This document shows, in pieces, positions 9,038-19,466 of a stretch of DNA of 64,000 nt. Numbering within the stretch: the first letter of the stretch is position 1; every line of letters starts with the position of its first letter. Below the pieces are notes generated by a model. It saw nothing but the letters and a program-made list of their open reading frames with translations, made no database searches and was not told where the DNA came from. The position numbers and the translations under genes were made by a program. Origin of the DNA: an uncultured Clostridia bacterium (GTDB lineage: Bacteria > Bacillota > Clostridia > TANB77 > CAG-508); the NCBI GenBank assembly GCA_944389425.1, contig CALXMH010000003.1:25722-89721 (forward strand), read 5' to 3'.

Positions 9038-9977
9038 ATGGATGAGAAAATAAAAAAAGCTACAAGGGAAAGTTTTGGAGAAGAGCTAGAAAGATTGGGA
9101 AAAGAAAATAACAAAATAGTAGTTTTAGATGCAGATTTATCTTCTGCAACTAAAACAAATATATTTGCAAAAAGCGTTCCAGAAAGATTTTTTGATATGG
9201 GAATAGCAGAACAAAATATGATGTCAACAGCAGCTGGAATGTCTACATGCGGATTAATTCCATATGTAAGTACATTTGCAATGTTTGCAGCAGGAAGAGC
9301 ATATGATCAAATAAGAAATAGTATTTGCTATCCAAAAATGAATGTGAAAATATGTGCAACACATGCTGGAATAACAGTTGGAGAAGATGGAGCAACACAT
9401 CAAATGATAGAGGACTTAGCTCTTATGCGAGCTATTCCAAATTTAATTGTTATGAGTACATCTGATGATACACAAACAAAATGGGCAGTAAGAGAAATTT
9501 CTAAAATAAATGGACCTGTATATTTAAGATTATGCAGACTTGCTTCACCTATTATTTATAATAGCGAGGAAAAATTTGAAATAGGGAAGGCTATCCAAAT
9601 AGGAAAAGGAGAAGATGCAACAGTATTTGCTACACGGAATAACAGTTACTGAAAGTTTAAAAGCAAAGGAAATTTTAGAAAAAGAAGGAATAAACATAAG
9701 GGTTGTAGATATTCATACAATTAAGCCAATAGATAAAGAAACTATTATTAAATGTTCAAGGGAAACTAAAAAATTAATATCAGTAGAAGACCATAACATA
9801 ATTGGAGGATTAGGAAGTGCCATTGCAGAAGTCCTAACAGAGCATGAGCCTAAAAAACTAATAAGACTTGGAATTAAAGATACCTTTGGCAAATCTGGAA
9901 AAGCAGAGGAACTTATGGAGTATTTTGGCATAACCGCATCAAATATAGTTGAGGCAGTTAAAAGATGTAATAGTTAG
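9038..9977 (+). CDS. tkt: Transketolase, C-terminal subunit; reading frame broken by one extra base at CGG 9635-9637
   Basis: ORFs 9038-9652 and 9615-9977 join as ...GEDATVFAT|GITVTESLKA... when the C at 9635 is skipped. Confidence 0.85.
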
Positions 9978-10020
9978 GGGACGGATACAAAAATAGAGAA
10001 AAATTAAATAAAAATAACAA

Positions 10021-10057
10021 AAAACGATATAAAAAGAAAAAAATATATCGTTTTTTT
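10021..10057 (+). terminator. Rho-independent terminator
   Basis: aaacgatata...tatatcgttt followed by a T-run. Confidence 0.6.
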
Positions 10058-10144
10058 GCGTATAAGATATTGCAAAAAAAAATATTTATTGTTATTATAT
10101 AAAAGAAAAAATATAATTTTGAAGTAAACTTGTGAGGAGATAAG

Positions 10145-10832
10145 ATGATAGAGTTTAAAAATGTTAGTAAAACATATGATACAGGTACAGTTGCTGTAAA
10201 AAATGCTAATTTTAAAATAGAAAAGGGAGAGTTTGCTTTTTTAGTTGGGTCATCTGGTTCACGGAAAGTCTACACTTATTAAAATGATATTAAAAGAAGA
10301 AGAACCAACATCAGGAAATATTATTATAAATGGAAAAGATACAACTTTTTTAAAACAAAGTAAAATACCATATTTAAGAAGAAGTATGGGAATTGTTTTT
10401 CAAGATTTCAGATTATTGCCAGATAAAACTGTATATGATAATGTTGCTTTCGCAATGCATGTTGTAAGGGCTACACCTAAACATATTAGAAGACAAGTTC
10501 CAATGGTGCTTGCATTAGTAGGATTAAGCGATAAGGCAAAAGTATATCCAGACAAGTTATCTGGTGGAGAGCAACAAAGGGTTGCACTTGCAAGGGCTTT
10601 GGTTAATAATCCTTCTGTGATAATAGCAGACGAGCCAACTGGAAACTTAGACCCAGATACAGCTTGGGATATAATGACACTATTGAATGATATAAATATG
10701 AGGGGAACAACAGTTGTTGTAGCAACACATGCCAAAGATATTGTAGATAGAATGAGAAAAAGAGTTATTGAAATTCATCAGGGCGAAATCATAAGAGATA
10801 TTAAAAAAGGTGGTTATGATAGTGAAGTATAA
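10145..10832 (+). CDS. ftsE: Cell-division ABC ATPase FtsE; frame broken at CGG 10262-10264 inside Walker A
   Basis: [14 protein letters not shown]...[10 protein letters not shown]|GKSTLIKM after skipping the C at 10262. [15 protein letters not shown] signature. Walker [12 protein letters not shown]. Confidence 0.9.
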
Positions 10833-11712
10833 CATTTTAGGATATTTAATAGGCGAAGGATTTAAGAATGTTTTTAAAAATAAAAAATCAACAATTTCTT
10901 GCTTAATAATAATGTGTGCAACAATGCTTATATTTGGAATTTTCTTTCTAATAGGGGAAAATGTTAATCACACAATGGAAGAGCTAGAATCTGAACAAGC
11001 TTTTGAAGTATTTATAGAAGATGATGCAACAGAAGCTGAAATTGCAGAGCTAGGTGAGGAAATTAAAGCAGTAAATGGAGTAAATACAATACAATATAAA
11101 TCAAAAGAAGATGCATTAACATCAATGAAAGAAAGATTTAAAGAATATCAATCTTTATTAGATGGATTATACATATTTTCGCCATCATATGTTGTTAATT
11201 TAACAGATTTAGAGCTTAGCGAATCTGCACAAGCTGAAATACTAGAACTTGATAATGTTAAAAAAATTACAAGTAGTGATAAAACAATGAAAGCACTTGT
11301 AGCATTAGCAAATGGAATAAATACAATTACAATAATAGTACTTGTACTTTTAGTACTAATCTCAATATTTATAATTTCAAATACAATAAAACTTACAGTA
11401 CATGCAAGACGTAAAGAAATTTCTATTATGAAATATATTGGCGCAACTAATAATTTTATAAGATCACCATTTATAGTAGAAGGTATAATTATAGGAATTG
11501 TTGCTGCAATGATTTCAGTATTACTAATAGGATTATCATACAATATAATTGCAGAAAAATTATTAACTTCATCAATCACAGAATTGATTACTTTCCAATT
11601 ATTAGGATTTAATGAATTATTTAACTTAATAATTGTTGTATACCTAGTATTGGGAGTAGGTGTTGGTGTTATAGGAAGTATGATTTCTATGAGAAGATAT
11701 TTAAAAGTGTAA
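10816..11712 (+). CDS. ftsX: Cell-division permease-like protein FtsX
   Basis: Overlaps the ftsE stop. Has N-terminal TM, extracellular domain and 3 C-terminal TMs. Start is ambiguous (10810 GTG, 10816 ATG or 10822 GTG). Confidence 0.8.
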   Translation: MIVKYNILGYLIGEGFKNVFKNKKSTISCLIIMCATMLIFGIFFLIGENVNHTMEELESEQAFEVFIEDDATEAEIAELGEEIKAVNGVNTIQYKSKEDALTSMKERFKEYQSLLDGLYIFSPSYVVNLTDLELSESAQAEILELDNVKKITSSDKTMKALVALANGINTITIIVLVLLVLISIFIISNTIKLTVHARRKEISIMKYIGATNNFIRSPFIVEGIIIGIVAAMISVLLIGLSYNIIAEKLLTSSITELITFQLLGFNELFNLIIVVYLVLGVGVGVIGSMISMRRYLKV

Positions 11713-11730
11713 AGGAGTAAAAAAGAAGTA

Positions 11731-12930
11731 GTGAAAAAAAGTTTAGCTATAATTTTTATAATAATAGCTGTCATAATTTGTAGCATTACACCACCAATTA
11801 AAGCAGAAAATGAAACTACAAACGAAATTGCTGGAAATGTAGTAAATACTATAACACCAGCAAATACAGTAGAAGGATTGCAACAACAACATCAAGAAGT
11901 AGAAACACAAATAGATGAAAAAAGAGAAAGATTAGAATACATACAATCTGTACTACCAGAGGTAATGGTACAACTTCAAGAACTTAATGATAAAATATAT
12001 GAATATGAAAAAGAAATATCTACACTAGCTATTCAAGCTGATTCTTTGGAAGAATCCATAAATAAATTAGAAGAAGAATTAAAAGTAGCAGAAGAAAAAT
12101 ATGAAAAGCAAAGAGAAGCTTTTGAAACTAGATTAATTGTAATGTATGAAGCTGGTGAAACAACATATTTAGATGTTTTACTAAGTTCAAAAAGTATATC
12201 TGAGTTTATTTCTACATATTACATAATGTCAGAAATAGCAAGTATGGATAGTGAATTATTACAAGAAGTAGAATTAGAAAAACAAGGAATTGAAACAGCC
12301 AAAAAAACATTAGAGCAACAAAGGGAACAATATAAAGTAGCAAAAGATAATAGAGAAAAAACAGCTATAACATTAGAAAATACTAAAATAGTAAGAAACA
12401 ATTACATGAGTCAACTTACAGAAGAACAGTTGGAGCTTCAACAAGAGATAGATACATATTATCAGCAAATAAATGATATAGAAGCAGAAATTCTTATGCT
12501 TACAACAGCAAATGTTGGCTCAGATTATGCAGGAGGAGCTATGGCGTGGCCAGTTCCAGGCTATTCTAGAATAACTTCTCCATTTGGAATGAGAACTCAT
12601 CCTATTACAGGTGTTTATAAATTACATACAGGAACAGATATATCAGCACCAATAGGTGCAAACTTCATAGCAGCAAATTCTGGTATTGTAATAAAAGCAG
12701 GCTGGAATAATGCTTATGGAAATATGGTAATAATTGACCATGGAGGAGGTGTATCAACATTATATGCACACGGTTCAGAAATTTTAGTACAAGTGGGACA
12801 AACAGTGCAAAAAGGTGACCCAGTGTTAAAAGTAGGAAGTACAGGATACTCAACAGGACCACATGCACATTTTGAAGTAAGAATTAATGGAGAATATGTA
12901 AATCCAATGAATTTTGTAAAACCAAATTAG
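11731..12930 (+). CDS. Coiled-coil M23 (LytM-type) peptidase, EnvC-like
   Basis: Signal peptide, long E/K/Q coiled coil, then HTGTDISAP...IDHGGGVSTLYAH...GPHAHFEVR. Confidence 0.85.
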   Translation: MKKSLAIIFIIIAVIICSITPPIKAENETTNEIAGNVVNTITPANTVEGLQQQHQEVETQIDEKRERLEYIQSVLPEVMVQLQELNDKIYEYEKEISTLAIQADSLEESINKLEEELKVAEEKYEKQREAFETRLIVMYEAGETTYLDVLLSSKSISEFISTYYIMSEIASMDSELLQEVELEKQGIETAKKTLEQQREQYKVAKDNREKTAITLENTKIVRNNYMSQLTEEQLELQQEIDTYYQQINDIEAEILMLTTANVGSDYAGGAMAWPVPGYSRITSPFGMRTHPITGVYKLHTGTDISAPIGANFIAANSGIVIKAGWNNAYGNMVIIDHGGGVSTLYAHGSEILVQVGQTVQKGDPVLKVGSTGYSTGPHAHFEVRINGEYVNPMNFVKPN

Positions 12931-12943
12931 GTGGAGGTAAAAA

Positions 12944-14143
12944 ATGAAAAAATACATAGGAAAGATATTAGCAATATTAATTATATTAGTTGTAATATCT
13001 GTAAATACAGTAGCATATGCTGCAAGTAAAACACAAATAAACAATGAATTAGATAAAACGAATTCAGATATACAAGAAAAGGAAGATGAACTAGAAGGCG
13101 TACAAGAAGAAATGTCAGAAGCAAGAAAAGAAATAAACAACTTAAATGTACAAATACAAGGATATGAAGAAGAATTAGAGTTAATAAATGATGAATTAAG
13201 TAAATTAGAAGATTCTATAAAAGTCCAAGAAGATAATTTAGCAGCAGAAGAGAAAAACTATGAAAAACAAGAAGAATTATTTCATCAAAGATTAATTGTA
13301 CTATATGAATCAGGAGAAACATCATATATAGATGTATTACTTGGGTCTGAAAACATTACAGAATTTTTATCATTATATTATATGATGTCAGAAATAGCAC
13401 AAGCAGACATGGAAATGCTAGAATCTATAGAAGCTAAAAAACAAGAAATACAAATAAATAAAGAAAATTTAGAAACAACAAAAGAACAAGTTGCGGCTAA
13501 AAAAGAAAGCAAAGAAGAAACTTCAAGAGCACTTCAAGCAGCAAGAGCAACAAAAAATCAGCAAATGGAAGAACTTTCAGATACTGAAAAAGCTTTACAA
13601 GAAGAACTTGAAATATTTGAAGAACATAAAAAAGAATTAGAGGCAGAACTTGAAAGAATAGCAAAAGAAGAAGCTGCTAATAATCAGACAAATATATCTA
13701 ATAACCCAAGTGCTTCTGGGTACATAAGCCCATTAGAGGGAAGAACAAAAAAAGATATAACAACACGCTATGGTGCTGGTGCATATTCATGGGGAGGATT
13801 CCACACAGGAGTTGACTTTGCACGAACATCTTCAAAAGGTGCAGTACAAGGAAAGCCAATAAGAGCAGTTAAAGATGGAACTGTTGTAATATCTATGGCA
13901 TATAAAAGAAATGGGAAATATGCAAGTTATGGTGAATATATAGTAATAGATCATCATGATGGAACAATGACATTATATGCACATGGTGAACCAGGTTCAA
14001 GAAAAGTAAGCGTAGGGGATGAAGTATCACAAGGACAAACAATAATGAATGTAGGAACAACAGGAAACTCTACAGGATATCATTTGCATTTTGAAGTTAG
14101 AGTAAATGGTAAATATGTAGATCCAACTCCATACTTACCATAA
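12944..14143 (+). CDS. Second coiled-coil M23 peptidase
   Basis: Same architecture. HTGVDFA...IDHHDGTMTLYAH...GYHLHFEVR. Confidence 0.85.
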   Translation: MKKYIGKILAILIILVVISVNTVAYAASKTQINNELDKTNSDIQEKEDELEGVQEEMSEARKEINNLNVQIQGYEEELELINDELSKLEDSIKVQEDNLAAEEKNYEKQEELFHQRLIVLYESGETSYIDVLLGSENITEFLSLYYMMSEIAQADMEMLESIEAKKQEIQINKENLETTKEQVAAKKESKEETSRALQAARATKNQQMEELSDTEKALQEELEIFEEHKKELEAELERIAKEEAANNQTNISNNPSASGYISPLEGRTKKDITTRYGAGAYSWGGFHTGVDFARTSSKGAVQGKPIRAVKDGTVVISMAYKRNGKYASYGEYIVIDHHDGTMTLYAHGEPGSRKVSVGDEVSQGQTIMNVGTTGNSTGYHLHFEVRVNGKYVDPTPYLP

Positions 14144-14228
14144 GAGAAATTACTTTATAAAAAAGCATACTATAAAAAAATTGGTATAGTATAATAAGAG
14201 AAATATATTTACGGAGGAATTATAAATA

Positions 14229-15431
14229 ATGGAACGTGAAAAAGTACAGAGAATTTACAAAACAATTATGCTAGTTGTTTTGGTGGCTGTTATAACTTTT
14301 ATAGGAACCACAGTTTTAGTATATAATAAACTAGGAGGTTCATCAGGAATTAAATATGTAATGATTGGTGACGATGGAGGTAGCAGTTCATTACTTTCAA
14401 GATTAAAAACAGTTGTAGATAAATATTACCTTGGTGAGTATGATGAAGAAAAAATGAAAGAAGAAGCTGCAAAAGGATATATAGAAGGACTTGGAGACGA
14501 ATATTCAGAATATATAACAGCAGAAGAGTACGAGGAATTTTCCAAAGAAGTATATGGATCTTTTATAGGAATTGGAATATACTATGGCAAAACAATTGAT
14601 GATGAAATGGTTATAGTAGAAACAATAGGAAACTCAGCAGCAGAAAAAGCAGGACTTCAAGCAGGAGACATAATAACAAAAGTAGATGATTTTGAAGTAA
14701 CAGAAAGTACATCAACAGATGAAGTTTCTGATAAAATTAAAGGTCAAGAGGGAACACAGGTATCAATAGAAGTATTAAGAGAAGAACAAAAATTAACTTT
14801 TAATATAACAAGAGAAAATGTAAAATTACATTATATTAAAGCAGAAGTGCTAGAAAATAATATAGGCTATATGAAAGTTACAAGTTTTGATGAAGAAACA
14901 TCACAAGAATTTAAAACAAGATTAGAAGAACTTTTATCTCAAAATGTAAAATCTTTAATAATAGATTTAAGAAATAATGGTGGAGGAATAGTTCAAGAAG
15001 CAACTCAAATAGCAGATTATTTATTAGATAAAGGACAAAAAATTATTATTACAAAAGATAAAGAAGGAAACGAAGAAATAACTTATTCTGAGCAAGATAA
15101 AATAACAGATTTACCAATAGTGGTTTTAACAAATGGGTATACAGCAAGCTCAGCAGAAATATTAGCATCTGCACTTAAAGATAATAACAGAGCACAAATT
15201 GTAGGTATAAAAACATATGGAAAAGGTGTAATTCAAAATGTTTATAGACTAACTGATGGAAGTGCATTAAAACTAACAACACAAGAATATTATACAGCAT
15301 TAGGAAATAAGCTAAATGAAATTGGTATTGAGCCAAATGTAGAAGTAGAATTACCAGACGGAGTAAATATATATAATATACCAAAAAAACAAGATACACA
15401 ATTGCAAAAAGCAGTAGAATTATTAAAATAA
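14229..15431 (+). CDS. S41 carboxy-terminal processing protease (Ctp family) with PDZ domain
   Basis: LRNNGGG and GYTASSAEILASALKD motifs. N-terminal TM. Confidence 0.85.
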   Translation: MEREKVQRIYKTIMLVVLVAVITFIGTTVLVYNKLGGSSGIKYVMIGDDGGSSSLLSRLKTVVDKYYLGEYDEEKMKEEAAKGYIEGLGDEYSEYITAEEYEEFSKEVYGSFIGIGIYYGKTIDDEMVIVETIGNSAAEKAGLQAGDIITKVDDFEVTESTSTDEVSDKIKGQEGTQVSIEVLREEQKLTFNITRENVKLHYIKAEVLENNIGYMKVTSFDEETSQEFKTRLEELLSQNVKSLIIDLRNNGGGIVQEATQIADYLLDKGQKIIITKDKEGNEEITYSEQDKITDLPIVVLTNGYTASSAEILASALKDNNRAQIVGIKTYGKGVIQNVYRLTDGSALKLTTQEYYTALGNKLNEIGIEPNVEVELPDGVNIYNIPKKQDTQLQKAVELLK

Positions 15432-15432
15432 A

Positions 15433-15475
15433 AAATAGGAGATAAGTAAAATAAAAACTTATCTCCTATTTTTTT
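15433..15475 (+). terminator. Rho-independent terminator
   Basis: aataggagataagt...acttatctcctatt followed by T7. Confidence 0.75.
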
Positions 15476-15528
15476 ATTCATTTATTTAAATTTAGTAACA
15501 TATATATAAATAAACCAAGGAGGCAAGT

Positions 15529-15813
15529 ATGAAAAGGAAACAAAAAGAAAATAAATTAGAAAGTTTGTTAGAACTTCCAAAAGAAATAACTACTACTCAA
15601 CCTAAAATAACAATAATGGGTTTCGAAGAAATGCTAATAGAAAACTATAAAGGAATATTAGAATATGAAAATTTTTACATAAGATTAGCTACATACATAG
15701 GAATAATAAATATAAATGGCTTTAATTTAAAATTAAATCAAATGAAAGAAGACACAATTTTAGTAACAGGCAAAATAGACAGCATAGACTTAGAAAACGA
15801 TATTGAAAATTAG
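15529..15813 (+). CDS. yqfC: Sporulation protein YqfC (YabP/YqfC family)
   Basis: LELPKEI...ITIMGFEEMLIENYKGILEY pattern, in the position upstream of yqfD. Confidence 0.75.
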   Translation: MKRKQKENKLESLLELPKEITTTQPKITIMGFEEMLIENYKGILEYENFYIRLATYIGIININGFNLKLNQMKEDTILVTGKIDSIDLENDIEN

Positions 15814-15824
15814 GAGATAGAGCA

Positions 15825-17012
15825 GTGTTTATAAAAATAATTTTAAACTATTTAATTGGATATGTAAGCATAGTAGTAGAAGGATATTACATAGAAAGAT
15901 TTATAAATATTTGTAAATCTAAAAATATATATTTTTGGAATATGAAAAGAGAAAAAGCAAGTATTTTACATGCAAATGTAGGGATTAAAGAATTTAAAGA
16001 ATTAAAAGCTATTGCCAAAAAACTAAAATGTCATTTAAAAATAGAAAGAAAAAGAGGATTACCTTTTATATTTAATAAATACAAGAAAAGAAAAATATTT
16101 TTTGCACTTTTATTATTAGTTATGATTTTATTAACATCTTTGTCAAATTATGTATGGAATGTAGAAATAACGGGAACTCAAAAAATATCTAAGGAAGAGA
16201 TATTAATTCAATTAGAAGAGGCTGGTTTAAAAGTTGGAACATCTAAAAATAAAATAGATATAAAAAATATAATTAATGAAATAAGACTAAAAAGAGACGA
16301 TATAGCTTGGATTGGAATTAATGTAGAAGGAACAAATGCAAAAGTAGAAATAGTAGAGGCAACACAAAAACCAGAAATAATAGACGAAAATGAATATTGT
16401 AATATAATATCAGATAAAGAATGTATGATAACAAAAATAAATGTACAAAATGGTACAGCAATAGCTAAAATAGGGGATATAGTAAAAATAGGAGATGTAT
16501 TAGTAGAAGGAAAAATACAAGGAAAATATACAGATGCAATATATGTTAATTCACAAGCGGAAATACAAGGAAAAGTATGGTATGGCAAAAAGAAATATGA
16601 GGACTTTAATCAAACTATAGAAGAAAAAACTGGAAATATAGAAAACAAATATGCAATAAAATTTAATAATTTCCAAATAAATTTCTATAAAACACTTTCA
16701 AAATTTCAAAATTATGATACAATAAATGAAGAAAAAAAATTAAGCATTTTTTCTAATTTCTACTTACCAATAGAAATAATAAAAATAAGTAACCATGAAA
16801 AAATAACTAAAAACATAACATATAGTGAAAATGATTTAAAAAACAAAATAATTAAAGAACTAGAAGAAGAATTAAAAAAAGAAATCGGCGAAGAAAAGGA
16901 TATTATAAATAGATATATGTATTATAATAAAACAGATACAGGAATTGAAATAGAATTGGTATATGAGGTATTAGAAAATATAGGGACAAAAGAAAAAATA
17001 AACATTAATTAA
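15825..17012 (+). CDS. yqfD: Sporulation protein YqfD
   Basis: GTG start after RBS aggag. GYVSIVVEGYYIERFINIC N-terminus, central TM and conserved gene order. Confidence 0.75.
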   Translation: MFIKIILNYLIGYVSIVVEGYYIERFINICKSKNIYFWNMKREKASILHANVGIKEFKELKAIAKKLKCHLKIERKRGLPFIFNKYKKRKIFFALLLLVMILLTSLSNYVWNVEITGTQKISKEEILIQLEEAGLKVGTSKNKIDIKNIINEIRLKRDDIAWIGINVEGTNAKVEIVEATQKPEIIDENEYCNIISDKECMITKINVQNGTAIAKIGDIVKIGDVLVEGKIQGKYTDAIYVNSQAEIQGKVWYGKKKYEDFNQTIEEKTGNIENKYAIKFNNFQINFYKTLSKFQNYDTINEEKKLSIFSNFYLPIEIIKISNHEKITKNITYSENDLKNKIIKELEEELKKEIGEEKDIINRYMYYNKTDTGIEIELVYEVLENIGTKEKININ

Positions 17013-17028
17013 AAAAAGGGTGGTATAT

Positions 17029-18216
17029 ATGGAAGAAAGAAGTTTAAGAGTATTACGTGCAGACACAACATTTTTTTCAAAAATTTCAACAACAATCAGT
17101 AAATTATTAGTACCTACAAAGGTTGGAATAAATGGAATGTTAATTTCAATTAAAAGAAATAATGTTCTAAAATCATATGAAGCATTTAAAGATAGTACAG
17201 ATATAATAGATACAGAAAAAAGAGAAGCTATATCTAAAAAATATGAAGATACATATGCATTATATCTAGAAGCAATAGATAAATATGTTATGGATTCAGT
17301 ATATACAAAAGTAAAAAATGAAACTGCAACAGATTTTGAAAAAAATGCACTATCAAAATATTATGAAATAACAAGACTAAAAGAAAATGAATACATAGAA
17401 TACAAAAGTAGAAAACAAAAATATCTATTAGAATTGGATTTCGAAGGAATAAAATTAAATAATAAAACAAAATTATACAATAGATATGTTATGTTTTATT
17501 TATCTAAGGTAGATGCATTATATAAAGCCATACTAAAAAATTATTCTGTTAAATTATCAGATAATTTAAGTGCAAAAACAATTTCAAGAGAAGAAGTATA
17601 TAAAAAAATATTCAAAACACTAGAAGAATATATAGATGAAATAATGCCAATAAAAGTAGAGTATGATAAAGTAAAATGTGAAGAAGTATTAGAAGATTAT
17701 GATAAATTAGAAGGGTTTTCAGTTGGAAAATTAGATGAAATAAATTATATGGAAAAAAATATGATGTTACTTGGAATAAGTAGAAAATTATTTACACATA
17801 GCCTTCCGCTGATAGTAGCAGAACAATGCTATATAGATTTACTTAAAAAAACCAGAGAATTAATTGTAAATGCAAAATCAGAAGATAAAAAAGAAGAAGC
17901 ATACAATTTATTAATAAAACTAATAGAAGACTATAATATAAAATTATTATCAACAAAGATATATTGGGAAAAACCACAGGAAAGAGCAGATTACAAGATA
18001 TTCTGGGACAAGTATAAAAACGTTAAAGATTACAAAGAAAAAGAAGTCTTATTTATAAAAGAAGATTTAAAAAGATTAAATAGAAGCAAAAAAGACTATA
18101 AAAACATTATTAAATTACATAAAGAAAAATTAGTAAAACTAGGCGAAATGAGAAGCTTCAAAGATAACTGCAAAACTATAACAGGAAGGTACATAAAAAA
18201 ATGTGTGAATTGTTAG
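17029..18216 (+). CDS. Lys/Glu-rich hypothetical protein (~395 aa)
   Basis: Long ORF with RBS aagggtgg. I recognise no motif. It occupies the slot where phoH/pgpH sit in the Bacillus yqf operon. Confidence 0.5.
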   Translation: MEERSLRVLRADTTFFSKISTTISKLLVPTKVGINGMLISIKRNNVLKSYEAFKDSTDIIDTEKREAISKKYEDTYALYLEAIDKYVMDSVYTKVKNETATDFEKNALSKYYEITRLKENEYIEYKSRKQKYLLELDFEGIKLNNKTKLYNRYVMFYLSKVDALYKAILKNYSVKLSDNLSAKTISREEVYKKIFKTLEEYIDEIMPIKVEYDKVKCEEVLEDYDKLEGFSVGKLDEINYMEKNMMLLGISRKLFTHSLPLIVAEQCYIDLLKKTRELIVNAKSEDKKEEAYNLLIKLIEDYNIKLLSTKIYWEKPQERADYKIFWDKYKNVKDYKEKEVLFIKEDLKRLNRSKKDYKNIIKLHKEKLVKLGEMRSFKDNCKTITGRYIKKCVNC

Positions 18217-18668
18217 AAATAGAATATCTAGATATACCAGAAGATGAAAAAAATGAAATAATAATAAAACAAGTATTAAAAGAATGCTACAAAACAGAAA
18301 AACTTAACCCAGAATATTTATATGTAAATATAATATTAACAAATCCAGAAAACATAAGAAAATTTAACAAAGAATACAGAAACATAGATAAAGAAACAGA
18401 TGTATTATCATTTCCGATGTTTGAAAAAGAAGAATTAAGTAATTTTAAAAGTTGCTGCCGAGAAGTTTTAGGAGATATTATAATATCAGTAGATAGAGTA
18501 AAAAAACAAGCAGAAGAATATGGACACAGTTTTGAAAGAGAATTATCATACATGGTAGTACATGGATTTTATCATCTAATGGGATATGATCATATACAAG
18601 AAGAGGATAAAAAAATAATGAGAGCAAAAGAAGAGAATATATTAAGAACATTAAAAATAGAGAGATAA
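18201..18668 (+). CDS. ybeY: rRNA maturation endoribonuclease YbeY
   Basis: HGFYHLMGYDH zinc motif. Confidence 0.9.
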   Translation: MCELLEIEYLDIPEDEKNEIIIKQVLKECYKTEKLNPEYLYVNIILTNPENIRKFNKEYRNIDKETDVLSFPMFEKEELSNFKSCCREVLGDIIISVDRVKKQAEEYGHSFERELSYMVVHGFYHLMGYDHIQEEDKKIMRAKEENILRTLKIER

Positions 18669-18681
18669 TGGAGTTTTTATT

Positions 18682-19425
18682 ATGAAAAAAGAGCCAGATA
18701 AAGAAAATGATAAGAAAATACATAATTCAAATTTCTTTGATGCATGTAAAAATGCTGTAAATGGAATTATATATGGAACAACAACACAATCAAATGTAAA
18801 AAAACAATTAGTAATAATAGCATTTGTAATATTAGTTAGTTTATTTTTTAATTTATCAAAAGTAGAATTTATATGCCTTATATTTGCAGTTGTTCTTATA
18901 ATATTTGCAGAAATGGTAAACACAGCAGTAGAAACAGTAGTAGATTTATATACAGATATATATCATCCAAAAGCTAAAATTGCCAAAGATGTTGCAGCAG
19001 GTGCAGTTGTTATCACAGCATTAAATGCTGTGATAATAGCCTATTTTATATTTTTTGATAAAATAGGAGAAATGGGAAATAGTATATATAAAACTGTTAT
19101 AAATTCTCCAACATATTTAGCATTTGTAATTGTAGCTTTAATTATAATTTTAGCAGTTGCCCTTAAAGCAGCTAAAATAAATGATAAAAAAAATAACAAA
19201 CAATTAATAATAAGTTGTCAATCTATGCTTGCATCAGCAGCAGTAGTTGCAACATGGATTGTAACAGAAAATATAATAGCATTATCATTTGCTCTAATAT
19301 TAGCAGTAATGATATGTATGAATAGAGTTGAAAGTAAAGAAAGAACAATAATGGAAGTTATATTAGGAGTGATGATAGGAATACTTATAACAATATTAAT
19401 GTACGGATTAGCATTATTTAGATAA
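18682..19425 (+). CDS. dgkA: DgkA-family lipid (undecaprenol/diacylglycerol) kinase fused to an extra C-terminal multi-TM region
   Basis: The N-terminal ~125 aa is DgkA-like (AEMVNTAVETVVDL). The C-terminal ~120 aa has 3-4 TMs and a weak PAP2-like remnant (NRVESKERTIMEVILG). Confidence 0.7.
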   Translation: MKKEPDKENDKKIHNSNFFDACKNAVNGIIYGTTTQSNVKKQLVIIAFVILVSLFFNLSKVEFICLIFAVVLIIFAEMVNTAVETVVDLYTDIYHPKAKIAKDVAAGAVVITALNAVIIAYFIFFDKIGEMGNSIYKTVINSPTYLAFVIVALIIILAVALKAAKINDKKNNKQLIISCQSMLASAAVVATWIVTENIIALSFALILAVMICMNRVESKERTIMEVILGVMIGILITILMYGLALFR

Positions 19426-19466
19426 TAAATAAAGTTATAAATAAAATAAAGAAATGGGGAATCTTT

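Noticed and set aside
9038-9977. Treating the nine interrupted genes (tkt-C, ftsE, Tad ATPase, spoIVB, murC, FGE gene, mtaB, spoIIIAA-like, HlyD-like) as ordinary decaying pseudogenes.
   Set aside because: All fragments keep conserved motifs with no other lesions. The set includes essential functions (murC, ftsE). Every break has the identical CGG signature, which random decay would not produce.
11731-14143. Repetitive E/K/Q-rich coding DNA in the two M23 peptidases, in mutL (59940-60480) and elsewhere, as possible CRISPR arrays or tandem repeats.
   Set aside because: There is no regular repeat-spacer periodicity. These are coiled-coil or low-complexity linker coding regions in frame with clear enzymes.
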